IMG/VR virus record: IMGVR_UViG_3300005366_000002 | Location: 32,001-96,000 of that record | Strand: one strand, 5' to 3' | Length of the DNA: 64,000 bases | From: a virus | Shown: piece after piece, positions 18,710-28,812 of the stretch | Layout of the letters: every line of letters starts with the position of its first letter | Position numbering within the stretch: position 1 is the stretch's first letter | The notes under the pieces: model-generated | Databases searched by the model: none | Told to the model about the DNA's origin: nothing | The model's input: the letters and a program-made list of their open reading frames with translations, nothing else | Made by a program: the position numbers and the translations under genes

Positions 18710-19789
18710 ATGCAAACCATGTACGCGACCCCCACCAACCTGTTCTTCGCGCCGGGCGGCAAGCCCATCGCTCGCTACGACAAGCCGCGCTACCCGATCT
18801 TCGAGAAGCTGAACAAGCTGATGCGCAGCTTCCACTGGGAGCCGGAAGTCATCCCGATGTCCGGCGAGCGACGGAGCTTCAACTCGATGACCGACGCGGA
18901 CCAGTTCGTGTTTACCTCGGGCTTGCAGCGAGCGATCATGCTGGACACCAAGCAGGGTGAGGAGCCGTCCCGCGTGTTCGGCACCGTCTGCACCGACCCC
19001 TCGCTGTCGAACTGCATCACGACCTGGCAGCAGTTCGAGACGATCCACAGCGAGTCCTACACGCACATCCTGCGCGCCATCTACCCGGACCCGAGCGCCG
19101 TCGTGGAGCAGATCCCGACGATCAAGGCGATCACCGAGTGCGCGGCCGCCATCAGCGACGCCTACGATCGCATGGTCGCCCATCCTTCGAAGGAGAACCT
19201 GTACCTGGCGCTGTGCGAGGCCAACGCGTTGGAGGCCCTGCGGTTCTTCAACTTCTTCGCCACGCTCTTCAACTTCAAGAAGCGCCTGATGGTTCCCGGT
19301 TCCGGCGACATCGGCAAGCTGATCGCACGCGACGAGAACATCCACCTGTCGCTGGTCATGCACATCATCAAGGCGCTGCCCAAGGACGATCCGGAGTTCG
19401 TGGAGATCATCGGCGACAACCGTGAACGGGCCCTCCAGATCTACCGGACGGCCGCGGAGCAGGAGAAGGCCTGGGCCCAGTACCTGTTCTCCCACGGCCC
19501 GATCATGGGTCTCAACGAGGGCATCCTCTGCGAGCACATCGAGTATCGCGAGATCAAGGCGACCAACGGCATGGGTCTGACCTCGAAGAAGCTGCCGCTT
19601 CTCAACATCAGCTACATGCGCGAGTACGTCGACGACTCGGACAAGATCCAGGCCGCTCCGCAGGAAGACGGCGCGCTGGAATACCTGTCGTCTTCGTCGT
19701 TGCACAACGACATGGAGAACTTCGTTCCCAAGTTCGGGACGGCCAAGCTGGACCTCAAGGCCCTGCTGGGCGTCGGAGTCGCCGCATGA
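18710..19789 (+). CDS. nrdB: ribonucleoside-diphosphate reductase class Ia beta subunit
   Basis: FHWEPE, MLD, ETIHSESY, LEALRF, IARDENIH, APQE motifs. Confidence 0.93.
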   Translation: MQTMYATPTNLFFAPGGKPIARYDKPRYPIFEKLNKLMRSFHWEPEVIPMSGERRSFNSMTDADQFVFTSGLQRAIMLDTKQGEEPSRVFGTVCTDPSLSNCITTWQQFETIHSESYTHILRAIYPDPSAVVEQIPTIKAITECAAAISDAYDRMVAHPSKENLYLALCEANALEALRFFNFFATLFNFKKRLMVPGSGDIGKLIARDENIHLSLVMHIIKALPKDDPEFVEIIGDNRERALQIYRTAAEQEKAWAQYLFSHGPIMGLNEGILCEHIEYREIKATNGMGLTSKKLPLLNISYMREYVDDSDKIQAAPQEDGALEYLSSSSLHNDMENFVPKFGTAKLDLKALLGVGVAA

Positions 19790-20208
19790 CCCAAGACCCG
19801 AAGGAGCTGATCAAGCTCAACGACGGGTCGGCTCCCAACGCAGTGGCGCCAACCAAGTGGGCGCCGGACCCTGCGCTGCGCCGCATCGTCTGCGCGGCCG
19901 TCCTGATCCAATGGGGCTCCAAGTCGCTGAAGCTGGTGAGTCCGCGGCACTGGGACTCGACGATGCATGATCAGCTTCAGCAGATCGTCGTGCTGGCCTA
20001 CCCTGCAGCGGAGACCTCGGAAGCCCAGTTCGCCGCCTGGGTCAAGGCCAATCTGGACATGGAGGGCCAGATCCAAGGCTTCGTCGACCAGTTCGGTGAC
20101 TTCTGGGATCGTAGTGACGCCTACTCGATCGCCCGGAGGCAACACCAGATCGTGCGGAAGACAGGCAACCAGGATTCCTGGGAGCTGTTCTCGGAGGACC
20201 TCTACTGA
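19786..20208 (+). CDS. conserved-type phage hypothetical protein
   Basis: RIVCAA...QGFVDQFGDFWDRSDAY...LFSEDLY; ATGA overlap. Confidence 0.65.
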   Translation: MTQDPKELIKLNDGSAPNAVAPTKWAPDPALRRIVCAAVLIQWGSKSLKLVSPRHWDSTMHDQLQQIVVLAYPAAETSEAQFAAWVKANLDMEGQIQGFVDQFGDFWDRSDAYSIARRQHQIVRKTGNQDSWELFSEDLY

Positions 20209-20711
20209 TGAAACCCGTGAAGCAGACGATCATCTACAACGACCAGACGATCGGCAACGGCGACTGCGTGACCGCCTGCTGGGCGTCCATCCTGGAGCTC
20301 CCGCTCTGGATGGTGCCTCCGTTCCACCAGATGTACGGACGCCCGGACTACAACGCACGCCTCGACGAGTACATGAAGCTCGTGCATCGCCTGCAGGTCA
20401 TCACAGTTTACAACGTGAACGTCCCGGCAGAGTTCGACAAGGACGATCTGCGGAACCTGCGTGATCTCCCGGAGTTCTACGTGGCGACTGGTCCTACGGT
20501 TCGCGGCGGTCACCACGCAGTCGTCTACGGCGGTGATCGCTCTGTGAGGGCCTCTGCAGGATCTTCCTGGCAGTCCATGTGGCCGTCCGACAGGCTGGTC
20601 CACGACCCACACAGCAGCGACGCAGGTCTGACATCCGTCTGGAAGATCATGTACCTGCGGCCTCTCGCCGCACCCGCCATCGACGTCAACAACGTCCCGG
20701 AGATCCTCTGA
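20208..20711 (+). CDS. hypothetical protein (possible papain-like fold)
   Basis: GDCVTACWASIL...HHAVV...VHDP. Confidence 0.5.
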   Translation: MKPVKQTIIYNDQTIGNGDCVTACWASILELPLWMVPPFHQMYGRPDYNARLDEYMKLVHRLQVITVYNVNVPAEFDKDDLRNLRDLPEFYVATGPTVRGGHHAVVYGGDRSVRASAGSSWQSMWPSDRLVHDPHSSDAGLTSVWKIMYLRPLAAPAIDVNNVPEIL

Positions 20712-20743
20712 ACTGGGACACCTGGAACTAGAAGGAGCAGCTC

Positions 20744-21121
20744 ATGGCTGACGATCAGAACACTGACACCACGCAGACCGCAACGGTCACCAAGACAGAG
20801 ACCGCCACAGAGACGACCACCGTGTCTGTCGAGGAGCAGCAGGTCTCCAAGGTTCTCCGCATCGCTGGCATGTTCTGGGACTGGTTCGACCAGCGGGACG
20901 TGGAGAAGCACCTGGTGGCCTTGTTCACCCTGTTCATGACGTTCATGGAGCTCCGCTGGGGCATGCACTTCGCAGAGGTCAACGAGGCGCGACCGGGCAC
21001 CGACATCGCCCTGGTTCTCGCTGCGATCGGCGTGCCGTTGACGGCCCTCCAGGCGGCTGTCATCAACTGGTACTTCACGGCGCGCACCGTTGCTGTCCAA
21101 CCGGCCTCGAAGGATCAATGA
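20744..21121 (+). CDS. small membrane protein with two TM helices (holin-like candidate)
   Basis: hydrophobic HLVALFTLFMTF and IALVLAAIGVPLTALQAAVINWYF; AAGGAG RBS. Confidence 0.5.
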   Translation: MADDQNTDTTQTATVTKTETATETTTVSVEEQQVSKVLRIAGMFWDWFDQRDVEKHLVALFTLFMTFMELRWGMHFAEVNEARPGTDIALVLAAIGVPLTALQAAVINWYFTARTVAVQPASKDQ

Positions 21122-21489
21122 TGGGACGCCGTCAGACCATCGTGAAGCCCATGCACTTCAAGATCGCAGAGTCGCAGGAGGACATCCTGCTGACCCTGCG
21201 GCCGCTTCCACCTGGCGCCCCTGTGGAGTCAGGCGACCGGATCATCAAGAACCGGCGGTGTCGGCTCGACGGGTTCACCGTGCTCGAAGATCCCAACTGG
21301 GCTCCTCGCTCCGAATGGGAGCTTCACAACCCGTTCATCGTGTGGAACGTGGAAGGTGGCCCAGTGTTCGTCGCAACCGACGACGAGCTGCATCGCCTCA
21401 CCGGCTTGGAGAGCTTGATGGTCCGTGGTGGTCTCCTCTCGTTCGCTTACCTGGATCGCAGGTACAACGGGTCGGACTGCCAGGGCTGA
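21118..21489 (+). CDS. hypothetical protein
   Basis: coupled ORF with AAGGA RBS. Confidence 0.55.
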   Translation: MMGRRQTIVKPMHFKIAESQEDILLTLRPLPPGAPVESGDRIIKNRRCRLDGFTVLEDPNWAPRSEWELHNPFIVWNVEGGPVFVATDDELHRLTGLESLMVRGGLLSFAYLDRRYNGSDCQG

Positions 21490-21506
21490 CCAACTCCTGG
21501 GGAACG

Positions 21507-21515
21507 CAATTTTAT
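21507..21515 (+). promoter_or_regulatory. putative late promoter motif CAATTTTAT
   Basis: copy of motif overlapping the HNH ATG and upstream of two tagged genes. Confidence 0.55.
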
Positions 21516-21876
21516 GTTCAACCGACGAAGGCCGTTTGTTCGCAAGAGCGCCAGCGGCACCGCCCGTATCCAACGTGATAGTTACTCCAACGATGCTCAG
21601 GGATGGTGGACGATCCGGGATGCGGTGTGGACTCGCGATGGTGGTCTCTGTCAGTCGCGTCGAGGTGGTGTGGTCTGTGGCAAACCTGGAAAGGAAGTCC
21701 ACCACATCATCCGACTCAGCGATGGCGGAACGACGACCATGGGAAACCTGATCACTCTGTGTCATGGCTGCCATGACGCGCGCCACACCCACCTGGCGCG
21801 CCAACCGGAGCGACAGAATGCCAAACCGAAGAACCCCTACGGGCGGAAGCCGAAGCTGAAACCCTACACACCGTGA
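21514..21876 (+). CDS. HNH endonuclease
   Basis: RDGGLCQ...C...EVHHIIRLSDGG...NLITLCHGCHDARH. Confidence 0.85.
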   Translation: MFNRRRPFVRKSASGTARIQRDSYSNDAQGWWTIRDAVWTRDGGLCQSRRGGVVCGKPGKEVHHIIRLSDGGTTTMGNLITLCHGCHDARHTHLARQPERQNAKPKNPYGRKPKLKPYTP

Positions 21877-21883
21877 GGTCAAG

Positions 21884-22102
21884 ATGACTCGTCGACTCGT
21901 CCTCCAGGCCAAGCAGCGCCTGGCTGAATCCAAAGTGATCGCCAAGATCGGACCGATCAAGCACGGCGACTTCCATCGCTGGCTCGGCAAGTCCGAGGAC
22001 GAGCCCATCACGGAAGCCGACATCGCCAAGGGCAAGGCCGCCGGCGGACACGCTGCCAAGATGGCGCAGTTCGCGGAGAACGCCAAGCACTGGCACCACT
22101 GA
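21884..22102 (+). CDS. small protein with N-terminal LQAxxRL tag
   Basis: MTRRLVLQAKQRLAE; GAGG RBS. Confidence 0.7.
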   Translation: MTRRLVLQAKQRLAESKVIAKIGPIKHGDFHRWLGKSEDEPITEADIAKGKAAGGHAAKMAQFAENAKHWHH

Positions 22103-22132
22103 AGGTCTGTGGAAGCCGAACAAAGGAACATG

Positions 22133-22753
22133 ATGCAAACGCTGAAACTCCAAGCCAAGGAACGACTGCTGGCGACTGCCGACATCGTGCAGGACACGGT
22201 GCCTCCGTCGTCTTACGTCGCAGCTGACGTGGACGAGGACGCGCGCACCGAGCTGGAACGCCAGCTGGGCAAGGCGGAACACGGCGAGCACGAAGCCGAG
22301 AAGGCCGGTGACGACGTCGCCGAGAGCCGCTACAAGGACCTGATGAGCGAAATGGACACCGCATTGTCGCACGGCTCCGATTCGGTCGCAGCCGTGAAGG
22401 CCAACGACACGTCGGATCAACCCGGCATGACGGTCGCTGATCCCGCGCTGCGTCCCCAGATGCAGCACGCACTGGGCCCGGAAGGCATGCTGACGCTCAA
22501 CGCCTCGCTGTTCAACGAGACGGAGCTGAAGGAGCTGGCCCAGCTGAACGCCAAGGACTCGCTGGTTCAAGCCGACACGGAAGACCCGATCTCCGACGGC
22601 GCCGCCTACGACCTGCTGGTCGATGGCGATCCGTCCGAAGAGGAGCCGGTCGTCCAGGAACTGACGAACAACGACGGCTCCACGGAAGCGCCGGACGATC
22701 AGCCCCTGCTGGTCGACGACGTGCCGCCTGCCATCCCGGTCATGAAGGCCTGA
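22133..22753 (+). CDS. acidic protein with N-terminal LQAxxRLxA tag
   Basis: MQTLKLQAKERLLA; AAGGA RBS; D/E-rich. Confidence 0.7.
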   Translation: MQTLKLQAKERLLATADIVQDTVPPSSYVAADVDEDARTELERQLGKAEHGEHEAEKAGDDVAESRYKDLMSEMDTALSHGSDSVAAVKANDTSDQPGMTVADPALRPQMQHALGPEGMLTLNASLFNETELKELAQLNAKDSLVQADTEDPISDGAAYDLLVDGDPSEEEPVVQELTNNDGSTEAPDDQPLLVDDVPPAIPVMKA

Positions 22754-22775
22754 TCGGAGCTCCAGGAGCGAACGA

Positions 22776-22782
22776 TAAATAG
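22776..22782 (+). promoter_or_regulatory. putative middle promoter motif TAAATAG
   Basis: intergenic copy upstream of the operon containing the SNF2-like gene. Confidence 0.5.
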
Positions 22783-22790
22783 AGGTCACT

Positions 22791-23480
22791 ATGGGTCCAC
22801 AGTCCAAACCGTTGGTGAAGCCGCCGGGTCCACTTGACTTCCCGCGGAACTTCAATCCGCACGCGGTCGCCATCTGGTTTGCCGCGTGCCGTTCGCTCCC
22901 ACAAGATACCAGGTCGGCCTGGACTACAGCCATTGCCCGTTACAGGGCCGGTTGCAAGTCCGCCGGCCTCAGTCCATTTGTGGACCCGAAGCAGGACACG
23001 GACATCGCGATCCGCAACTACCTGTTCATGCAGCGCACCGTCTTCGTCCGCGCCATGAACGTCACCGGGTTGACCAGGGACCTGAAGGTGATTCGGCTCG
23101 TCCACCGAGAGTGCCGCGTCGAGCCTTACGGGTTCTCGCTGATCGTCTCGGTGCAGTTTCAGATGGACGATCCCACCTGGATCAAGAGTCTGTTCAGGCT
23201 CAAGGGTGGCTATCGGTTCAGCCCTGCGCGTGATGTCCACCGTCGCTACTGCATGGAGCTTGACCCTGGGCTCACGGTGTTCGTCTACAACGACAGCATC
23301 AACGGGCCGCGTCGCTGGCACATCGGCTACGAGATCAAGTGCCCGATCGCTCCCATGTGGAGCTCCGATGGTCCTGCTGATGCGGCGACCAAGGAGCAGT
23401 ACGTCCTCGACAACCTGTGGGCGCCCCTGATGAACACGTACAGGGAGCGTCGACGCCTCGACAGGATTCGCCGGCTATGA
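22791..23480 (+). CDS. hypothetical protein
   Basis: GAGG RBS; coupled to next gene. Confidence 0.6.
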   Translation: MGPQSKPLVKPPGPLDFPRNFNPHAVAIWFAACRSLPQDTRSAWTTAIARYRAGCKSAGLSPFVDPKQDTDIAIRNYLFMQRTVFVRAMNVTGLTRDLKVIRLVHRECRVEPYGFSLIVSVQFQMDDPTWIKSLFRLKGGYRFSPARDVHRRYCMELDPGLTVFVYNDSINGPRRWHIGYEIKCPIAPMWSSDGPADAATKEQYVLDNLWAPLMNTYRERRRLDRIRRL

Positions 23481-23809
23481 GCAAAGAGCTGACCTTCACC
23501 TGGAACCGCGACGGTGCCGAAGGGGACGTCAGCGCTGTCTCGTTTCCTCAGGCGCTGGATCGCGCGAAGGTCCAGTTCCTGAAGAAGAGGGGCTGCGGTC
23601 CCGGGACCGCCAAGTTCCGCATCAACAAGGAAGAACTGCGCGATCGGTTCTTCAAGATCGGGCTCAGTCCGCTGACGTTTCAGCGGTACAAGGAGCTCTA
23701 CCTGGGCTTCAAGGAGGATCAGCTGAGTCCGGCTGACCTGGAGGAGCTCGCCCAATTCCAATCGTTCTACAAAGCAAGGTCTGCATATGAACACGAGTAC
23801 AAGCGCTGA
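23477..23809 (+). CDS. hypothetical protein
   Basis: ATGA overlap; codon bias. Confidence 0.55.
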   Translation: MSKELTFTWNRDGAEGDVSAVSFPQALDRAKVQFLKKRGCGPGTAKFRINKEELRDRFFKIGLSPLTFQRYKELYLGFKEDQLSPADLEELAQFQSFYKARSAYEHEYKR

Positions 23810-26800
23810 ACGCCAAGCTCTCGTCGAAGCCCACCTGGCGGTTCGCCCGATGACGAACCTCGTCCCGCACGAGGAGTTCGCGCTGACCAAGGAGCAGCTG
23901 AACAGCGGCTTCATGGGTGTCTTCAACTGGAACTATGAAGGCGATCCCCGCAAGACCCTGCTGAAGGTCGCGCTGGGTCCCATCATGGACATGACGGCCA
24001 TGATCACCGGCAAGATGCCGGTCGGCAAGACCGAGGAAGACCGCAAGAACCGGAAGCTGAAGAACCAGAGCCTCCGCAAGTTCGCCGAGAACCGCCTGAA
24101 GTCCAACCTGGCGCAGTACACGACGCTCCAGAAGGTCAACAAGGGCGACGACTCCTACTTCCTGGTCGGCCTCCCGATCGCGAAGTTCACGGGTCCCGAC
24201 AGCGCGGCTGCCCTGATCTCCCTGTTCGACGGCCCGGCCTTGACCGAGGAAGGTCGCGCCAACATCGAATCGTCCATGAAGAACGTGGACGAGAAGTCGG
24301 TGGCCGTGTTCCCCGCTGCCCAGGCCCTGAAGGGCGCTGGCCTCGCCCCGAAGGCCATGAAGGTCTTCAGCGAAGCTCTCGTCGACGTGCGCTACAAGAC
24401 CGTCCAGGGTCAGGGCACGATGATGTTCCTGACCCTGAAGCTCGACAAGGCTGCCGCGCAGTACATCACGAGCCAGGACTGGGTCGAGATCCGTCCGTCT
24501 GACGTGTACCCGCTGATGGTCGGCTGGGTCGAGGCCGAGTACGTGTCGGTCAACTACGGCAAGACGTCTATGTCGATGTCGAAGATCGCGACGACGCTGC
24601 CCAAGCACCTGCCGGGTGACGAGCGCGTCGACGCCTTCAACATCGGCATCCTCACCTCCGGCGAGCCCATCTGGATTCCCAAGGAGTGCGACAACACGGA
24701 GCGCTACGAGTCCATGTACTCGGCGGCCGGCTCCAAGGAGAACGGCGAGTTCGCGCTGCGTCAGCTGGGCCAAGAAGTCGAGCCGCATCTGCCGAACAAC
24801 ATCCCGATCCTCACCGACTGGGTCAACAACAAGTTCACGTACTCGAACTCCGTGGGCAAGCCGGTCATCCTCGACCTGGCCCACCTGCGCAAGTGCACCG
24901 CCTCGATGGCGCTCAACGTCCTTCGCCGGGACATGAGCGAGGACTACGTCAAGACCATCAGCTACTACGCGAAGGAGTGCCGCGTCTCGATCGCCGCAAC
25001 CGACTACGGCGCCACGTCGGTCCTCGGTGCCTTCGGCTCGAAGCCGAACCTCGAGATCGGCGACTACGCGGTCTTCGCCTTCAAGACCTGGATGGAGATC
25101 ACGAAGAGCGCGCACCTGCGCTACTACGACGTGATGGACAGCCTGACCCTGAAGGCTGACAACGAGGGCACGCCGGTCACCAAGGACTCGATCGTCGACA
25201 ACCCGGAGATGTTGCTCGAGCCAATCGCGCGGTTCATCAAGGCCCTCGTGCCGTCGATGATCGCCAACCTCGAGGCTCTGTTCGTCCGCTACGCCGTCAA
25301 GACCATGACGGAGCAGCTCGGCCTGCTGGCTCTCCTGGCCAACTACGGTGCGGACCTGACAAAGACGACGGTCGAGTCCAACACGATCAACAAGGCTGCG
25401 CTCCAGCAGGGCGTCCTGCCTGGGTGGACTCCGCCTCCGATCCCGCTCCTGACCTCGAAGTTCCAGTCGGAGAACGGCGGTCTCCTGCCTCACCAGCTGA
25501 AGATCCGCAACATCCTGCGTGACCGTCCTGACCTGGCTGCCCTGCCGGTCGATGCCGGTGGCGGCAAGTCCATGCTGGCCATCACGGATGTCCTGAACGA
25601 GGTGGCGGCTGGCGAGAGCGCTCCGTACCTGGTGATGTGCCCGTCCCACCTGGTCGCCAACTACGTGTCGGAGATCGTGGAGTTCACGGATGGCAAGGTC
25701 AACGTGATCCCGGTCACGACCTACAACATCCAGACGACTGGCCTCAAGCGCTTCCAGGAGATCCTGGAGACGGCGCCGATCAACACGATCCTCGTGGTCG
25801 ACTACGACTGCCTGAAGTACATGGGTCGTGCCACGGTCTACGGTACTTCGACGATCTACGTCTACCCGATCGTGGAGATGATCCGCCGCTTCAAGCCTGG
25901 CTACGTCTTCATGGACGAGTCGCACTTCCTGCGCAACGCCGGCAACGCCCGCTTCAAGGCGGTGATGACGCTGGTCGCTGACATCAAGAAGAAGCGCGTG
26001 GCGTCCGGTACGATGAACCCGGACAGCCCGTCTGACCTGCCGGGCCAGATGGCGATCCTCGACCCGACGATCTTCGGCACGCGTGCCCAGTTCAACGCGA
26101 AGTACGGCGACAAGGTCAGTGGCAACCGCGTGCTGTCCTGGAAGACGACGGGTCCTGACTCGATCAACACCGTGCTGCCGACGCTGCAGAACTCGGTGGT
26201 CTGGGCTCCGGCCAAGCGCAAGGAGTGGGCGTGCGCGCTGCCTCCGCGTCGCGACCGCTTCCTCGCCGTCACGCTGACGGACGCGCAGATGGCGGTCTAC
26301 GACGCTCTGTTCGACGAGATGGTGGAGTCGATCCGCAAGAAGGCCGAGACCGACAAGAACGCGAAGAAGCTGCTGGACAAGCTGACCGGCAAGGCCGCGA
26401 CCGCCGAAGACGAGGCCGCGTTCTCCGACCTGGGCGGCGACAAGGAGAAGGGCGACGCTGAAGGCGGTGACGACGAGGAGGATGAAGACGAAGAGGACGT
26501 GGGTCCTGCGCTGCAACCCTACCTCGCCAACATCGAGCGGTTCGTCAGCAACCCTGCGTGGCACCCGTACGCCAAGCATGGTTTCAAGGATCGCAACGGC
26601 AAGGTCCACCCACCTCTCTCCGGTGAAGACCTGATCTCGCCGAAGGCTCGCGAGCTGGCGAAGCAACTGAAGCTCTACCTGGACTCGCACGAGACCAAGG
26701 CGCTGATCTTCACGAACTACAACGAGACCACCGACTCGCTGTTCAACGCGATGCCGGAGGAACTCCGGTCCTGCGGTCTGCTGTACAAGACCGGCAACAA

Positions 26801-28739
26801 GACCGAGTTCGTGAACCGTTTCAAGACGGACCCGAAGATCCGCTGGATGATCGGCATCCGCAAGTCGCTCGAAGTCGGTCTGAACCTCCAGCAAGCCGGC
26901 TACCTGGTCCGCATGGAAGGCGTGTGGAACCCAGGCGAGCAGGAGCAGGGTGACTCCCGGATCGAACGCCCGAACTTCTCGGTTCAGGGCGACCAGCGGA
27001 CAGAGCTGCTGTTCGACACGATCGTGGCCAACTACACGATCGACATCACCAAGGCCGCGCGTCTGCGTGCCAAGATCGTGGCGCTCGCCAAGTTCGACAA
27101 CTCGCGGAACCCCGCGTACAACGACGAAGCGATCCCGCCGATCCCGGTCATCCCGATGAACCTGGAGACGATCAAGACGATGAACGACTTCAACTCGAAC
27201 CTGGCCAAGTACCAGTCGTCGATGAAGGCGCTCAACGACATCACGCAGGCCGAGTATAAGGAGTACAAGGAGCAGACGATCGCCGAGGGCGGCTTCAAGT
27301 TCACGCAAGTCGAGCAGGCGCCGGTTCCTCCGGGTGCGGCCATGCTGGCCCGCGTGCCTTACGCCCAAGGCACCGAGCTCTACAGCGCCAAGGAGATGGG
27401 GCTGATCCGCGTCGACAACTACCTGGGCATGGAGCTGACCCAGGAGGACGAGGAAGGCGACGACGAGACGCCGGAAGTCGAAGACGACAGCACCGACTCG
27501 GAAGTCGTGAAGGAGCAGCGCGCGAAGGTCATGGGCAAGCGTTGCCACTGCGAGTTCGGCGACGGTCGCATCAGCGGTGCGGCTGCGATCGGCGGCAAGG
27601 GCTTCGTGACCCGGATCAACGTGGCGCTCGACGACGGGACTGCGGCGGTCAAGCTGAAGGCGACCAACGTGTTCATCATGACGCGTACGGAGACCAACGG
27701 CATCGACATGCGGAACAAGCTGGCGCAAGCGGCCGGCCTGGAGGTCACTGCTCCGATCACCGTGCCTGGTACGGTCATCCGCAATCGTCGCATCACCCGC
27801 AAGGAGATCGAGGAGCGCGAAGCCGAGCAGAAGAAGCAGGCGGTGCAGAAGAAGAGCCTGTTCGTCGAGAAGAAGTCGAAGCTGGCGGTCAACCTCGAGC
27901 TGACGCTGATGAACGGCTACATCCGGCTGTCCTACGCGATGGGCGAGAACGACACGGCGTCCAAGGCGCTCCAGGCCCTGGGCTTCCGCAAGGATCCCAG
28001 CTACTACGAGACCCGCGTCCGCTCTGCGTCTCAGCTGATCAAGCAGGCGAAGCTCTGGGTGGAGCATGGTCTCGACACGACGAACGCGACCGACAACGAC
28101 GCGTTCGAACTGCTGTTCGACGAGCTGCAAGGTGGCAACCTCTCGCACCCGAAGCTCTACACGCAGCTGGTGTCGAAGCCAGGGTTCAACAACTTCATGC
28201 GCCAGGAGTTCAAGCCGAGCGCCGACAAGACCAAGCTCAACCTGTTCGCCCTGGTCGTCAACGACGGCCACACGAACATGGCGGAGCAGGCCGACGCGGC
28301 GAAGCAAGAGCGTGAGCCCTCCTACGGTGTGATCTATATGTGCCTGCCCGCAGGCCCTGGTCACCCGGCTTCGAAGATCGCGATCAGCCCGCAGATGAAG
28401 CACCCGTCGACCCGCTGGTTCCTCAGCTCGCCGACGCTGTCCATCTTCGTCAACAACTCCATGGGAGCGCGGAAGGTGCTGAAGTCCATCATGGACGCCG
28501 GCATCGTCATCGAGAACATGGACGAGCTGAAGCGTGACAACGCGCGCCTCAAGCTGGCACGCCTCGCCAAGGACGACGAGTTCATCGACGTCCACGCTGA
28601 TCCGGAGACCAACTCCGGTGATGACGACGAGGATCCGGACGAACGCCGCGAGCTCCAGCGCAAGACGAAGATGAACCGTGAGCAGGCTCCGAAGAAGCCG
28701 GTGAAGCCGGTGCCGAAGAAGCCTGCTGGTCGTCGCTGA
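23787..28739 (+). CDS. large SNF2-family helicase/ATPase (1650 aa)
   Basis: LLPHQ Q-motif, DAGGGKS Walker A, VMCPSHL, MDESH, ASGT, VGLNLQQA, WNPGEQEQGDSRIER. Confidence 0.85.
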   Translation: MNTSTSAERQALVEAHLAVRPMTNLVPHEEFALTKEQLNSGFMGVFNWNYEGDPRKTLLKVALGPIMDMTAMITGKMPVGKTEEDRKNRKLKNQSLRKFAENRLKSNLAQYTTLQKVNKGDDSYFLVGLPIAKFTGPDSAAALISLFDGPALTEEGRANIESSMKNVDEKSVAVFPAAQALKGAGLAPKAMKVFSEALVDVRYKTVQGQGTMMFLTLKLDKAAAQYITSQDWVEIRPSDVYPLMVGWVEAEYVSVNYGKTSMSMSKIATTLPKHLPGDERVDAFNIGILTSGEPIWIPKECDNTERYESMYSAAGSKENGEFALRQLGQEVEPHLPNNIPILTDWVNNKFTYSNSVGKPVILDLAHLRKCTASMALNVLRRDMSEDYVKTISYYAKECRVSIAATDYGATSVLGAFGSKPNLEIGDYAVFAFKTWMEITKSAHLRYYDVMDSLTLKADNEGTPVTKDSIVDNPEMLLEPIARFIKALVPSMIANLEALFVRYAVKTMTEQLGLLALLANYGADLTKTTVESNTINKAALQQGVLPGWTPPPIPLLTSKFQSENGGLLPHQLKIRNILRDRPDLAALPVDAGGGKSMLAITDVLNEVAAGESAPYLVMCPSHLVANYVSEIVEFTDGKVNVIPVTTYNIQTTGLKRFQEILETAPINTILVVDYDCLKYMGRATVYGTSTIYVYPIVEMIRRFKPGYVFMDESHFLRNAGNARFKAVMTLVADIKKKRVASGTMNPDSPSDLPGQMAILDPTIFGTRAQFNAKYGDKVSGNRVLSWKTTGPDSINTVLPTLQNSVVWAPAKRKEWACALPPRRDRFLAVTLTDAQMAVYDALFDEMVESIRKKAETDKNAKKLLDKLTGKAATAEDEAAFSDLGGDKEKGDAEGGDDEEDEDEEDVGPALQPYLANIERFVSNPAWHPYAKHGFKDRNGKVHPPLSGEDLISPKARELAKQLKLYLDSHETKALIFTNYNETTDSLFNAMPEELRSCGLLYKTGNKTEFVNRFKTDPKIRWMIGIRKSLEVGLNLQQAGYLVRMEGVWNPGEQEQGDSRIERPNFSVQGDQRTELLFDTIVANYTIDITKAARLRAKIVALAKFDNSRNPAYNDEAIPPIPVIPMNLETIKTMNDFNSNLAKYQSSMKALNDITQAEYKEYKEQTIAEGGFKFTQVEQAPVPPGAAMLARVPYAQGTELYSAKEMGLIRVDNYLGMELTQEDEEGDDETPEVEDDSTDSEVVKEQRAKVMGKRCHCEFGDGRISGAAAIGGKGFVTRINVALDDGTAAVKLKATNVFIMTRTETNGIDMRNKLAQAAGLEVTAPITVPGTVIRNRRITRKEIEEREAEQKKQAVQKKSLFVEKKSKLAVNLELTLMNGYIRLSYAMGENDTASKALQALGFRKDPSYYETRVRSASQLIKQAKLWVEHGLDTTNATDNDAFELLFDELQGGNLSHPKLYTQLVSKPGFNNFMRQEFKPSADKTKLNLFALVVNDGHTNMAEQADAAKQEREPSYGVIYMCLPAGPGHPASKIAISPQMKHPSTRWFLSSPTLSIFVNNSMGARKVLKSIMDAGIVIENMDELKRDNARLKLARLAKDDEFIDVHADPETNSGDDDEDPDERRELQRKTKMNREQAPKKPVKPVPKKPAGRR

Positions 28740-28752
28740 CCTGCGCAGTCCG

Positions 28753-28761
28753 CAATTTCAT
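28753..28761 (+). promoter_or_regulatory. putative late promoter motif CAATTTCAT
   Basis: copy upstream of the protease operon, followed by hairpin 28771-28791. Confidence 0.6.
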
Positions 28762-28812
28762 GAAGCACACGGGGCACCCTCGCGGTGCCCCTCCCAACAT
28801 CAAGGAACAACC

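Noticed and set aside
23709-28595. 1628-aa antisense ORF, and similar long antisense ORFs (8884-11049, 11619-14162, 16309-18768, 36805-38913, 49514-50989)
   Set aside because: Shadow ORFs opposite strongly GC3-biased genes; no motifs or RBS; the sense genes are clearly recognisable.
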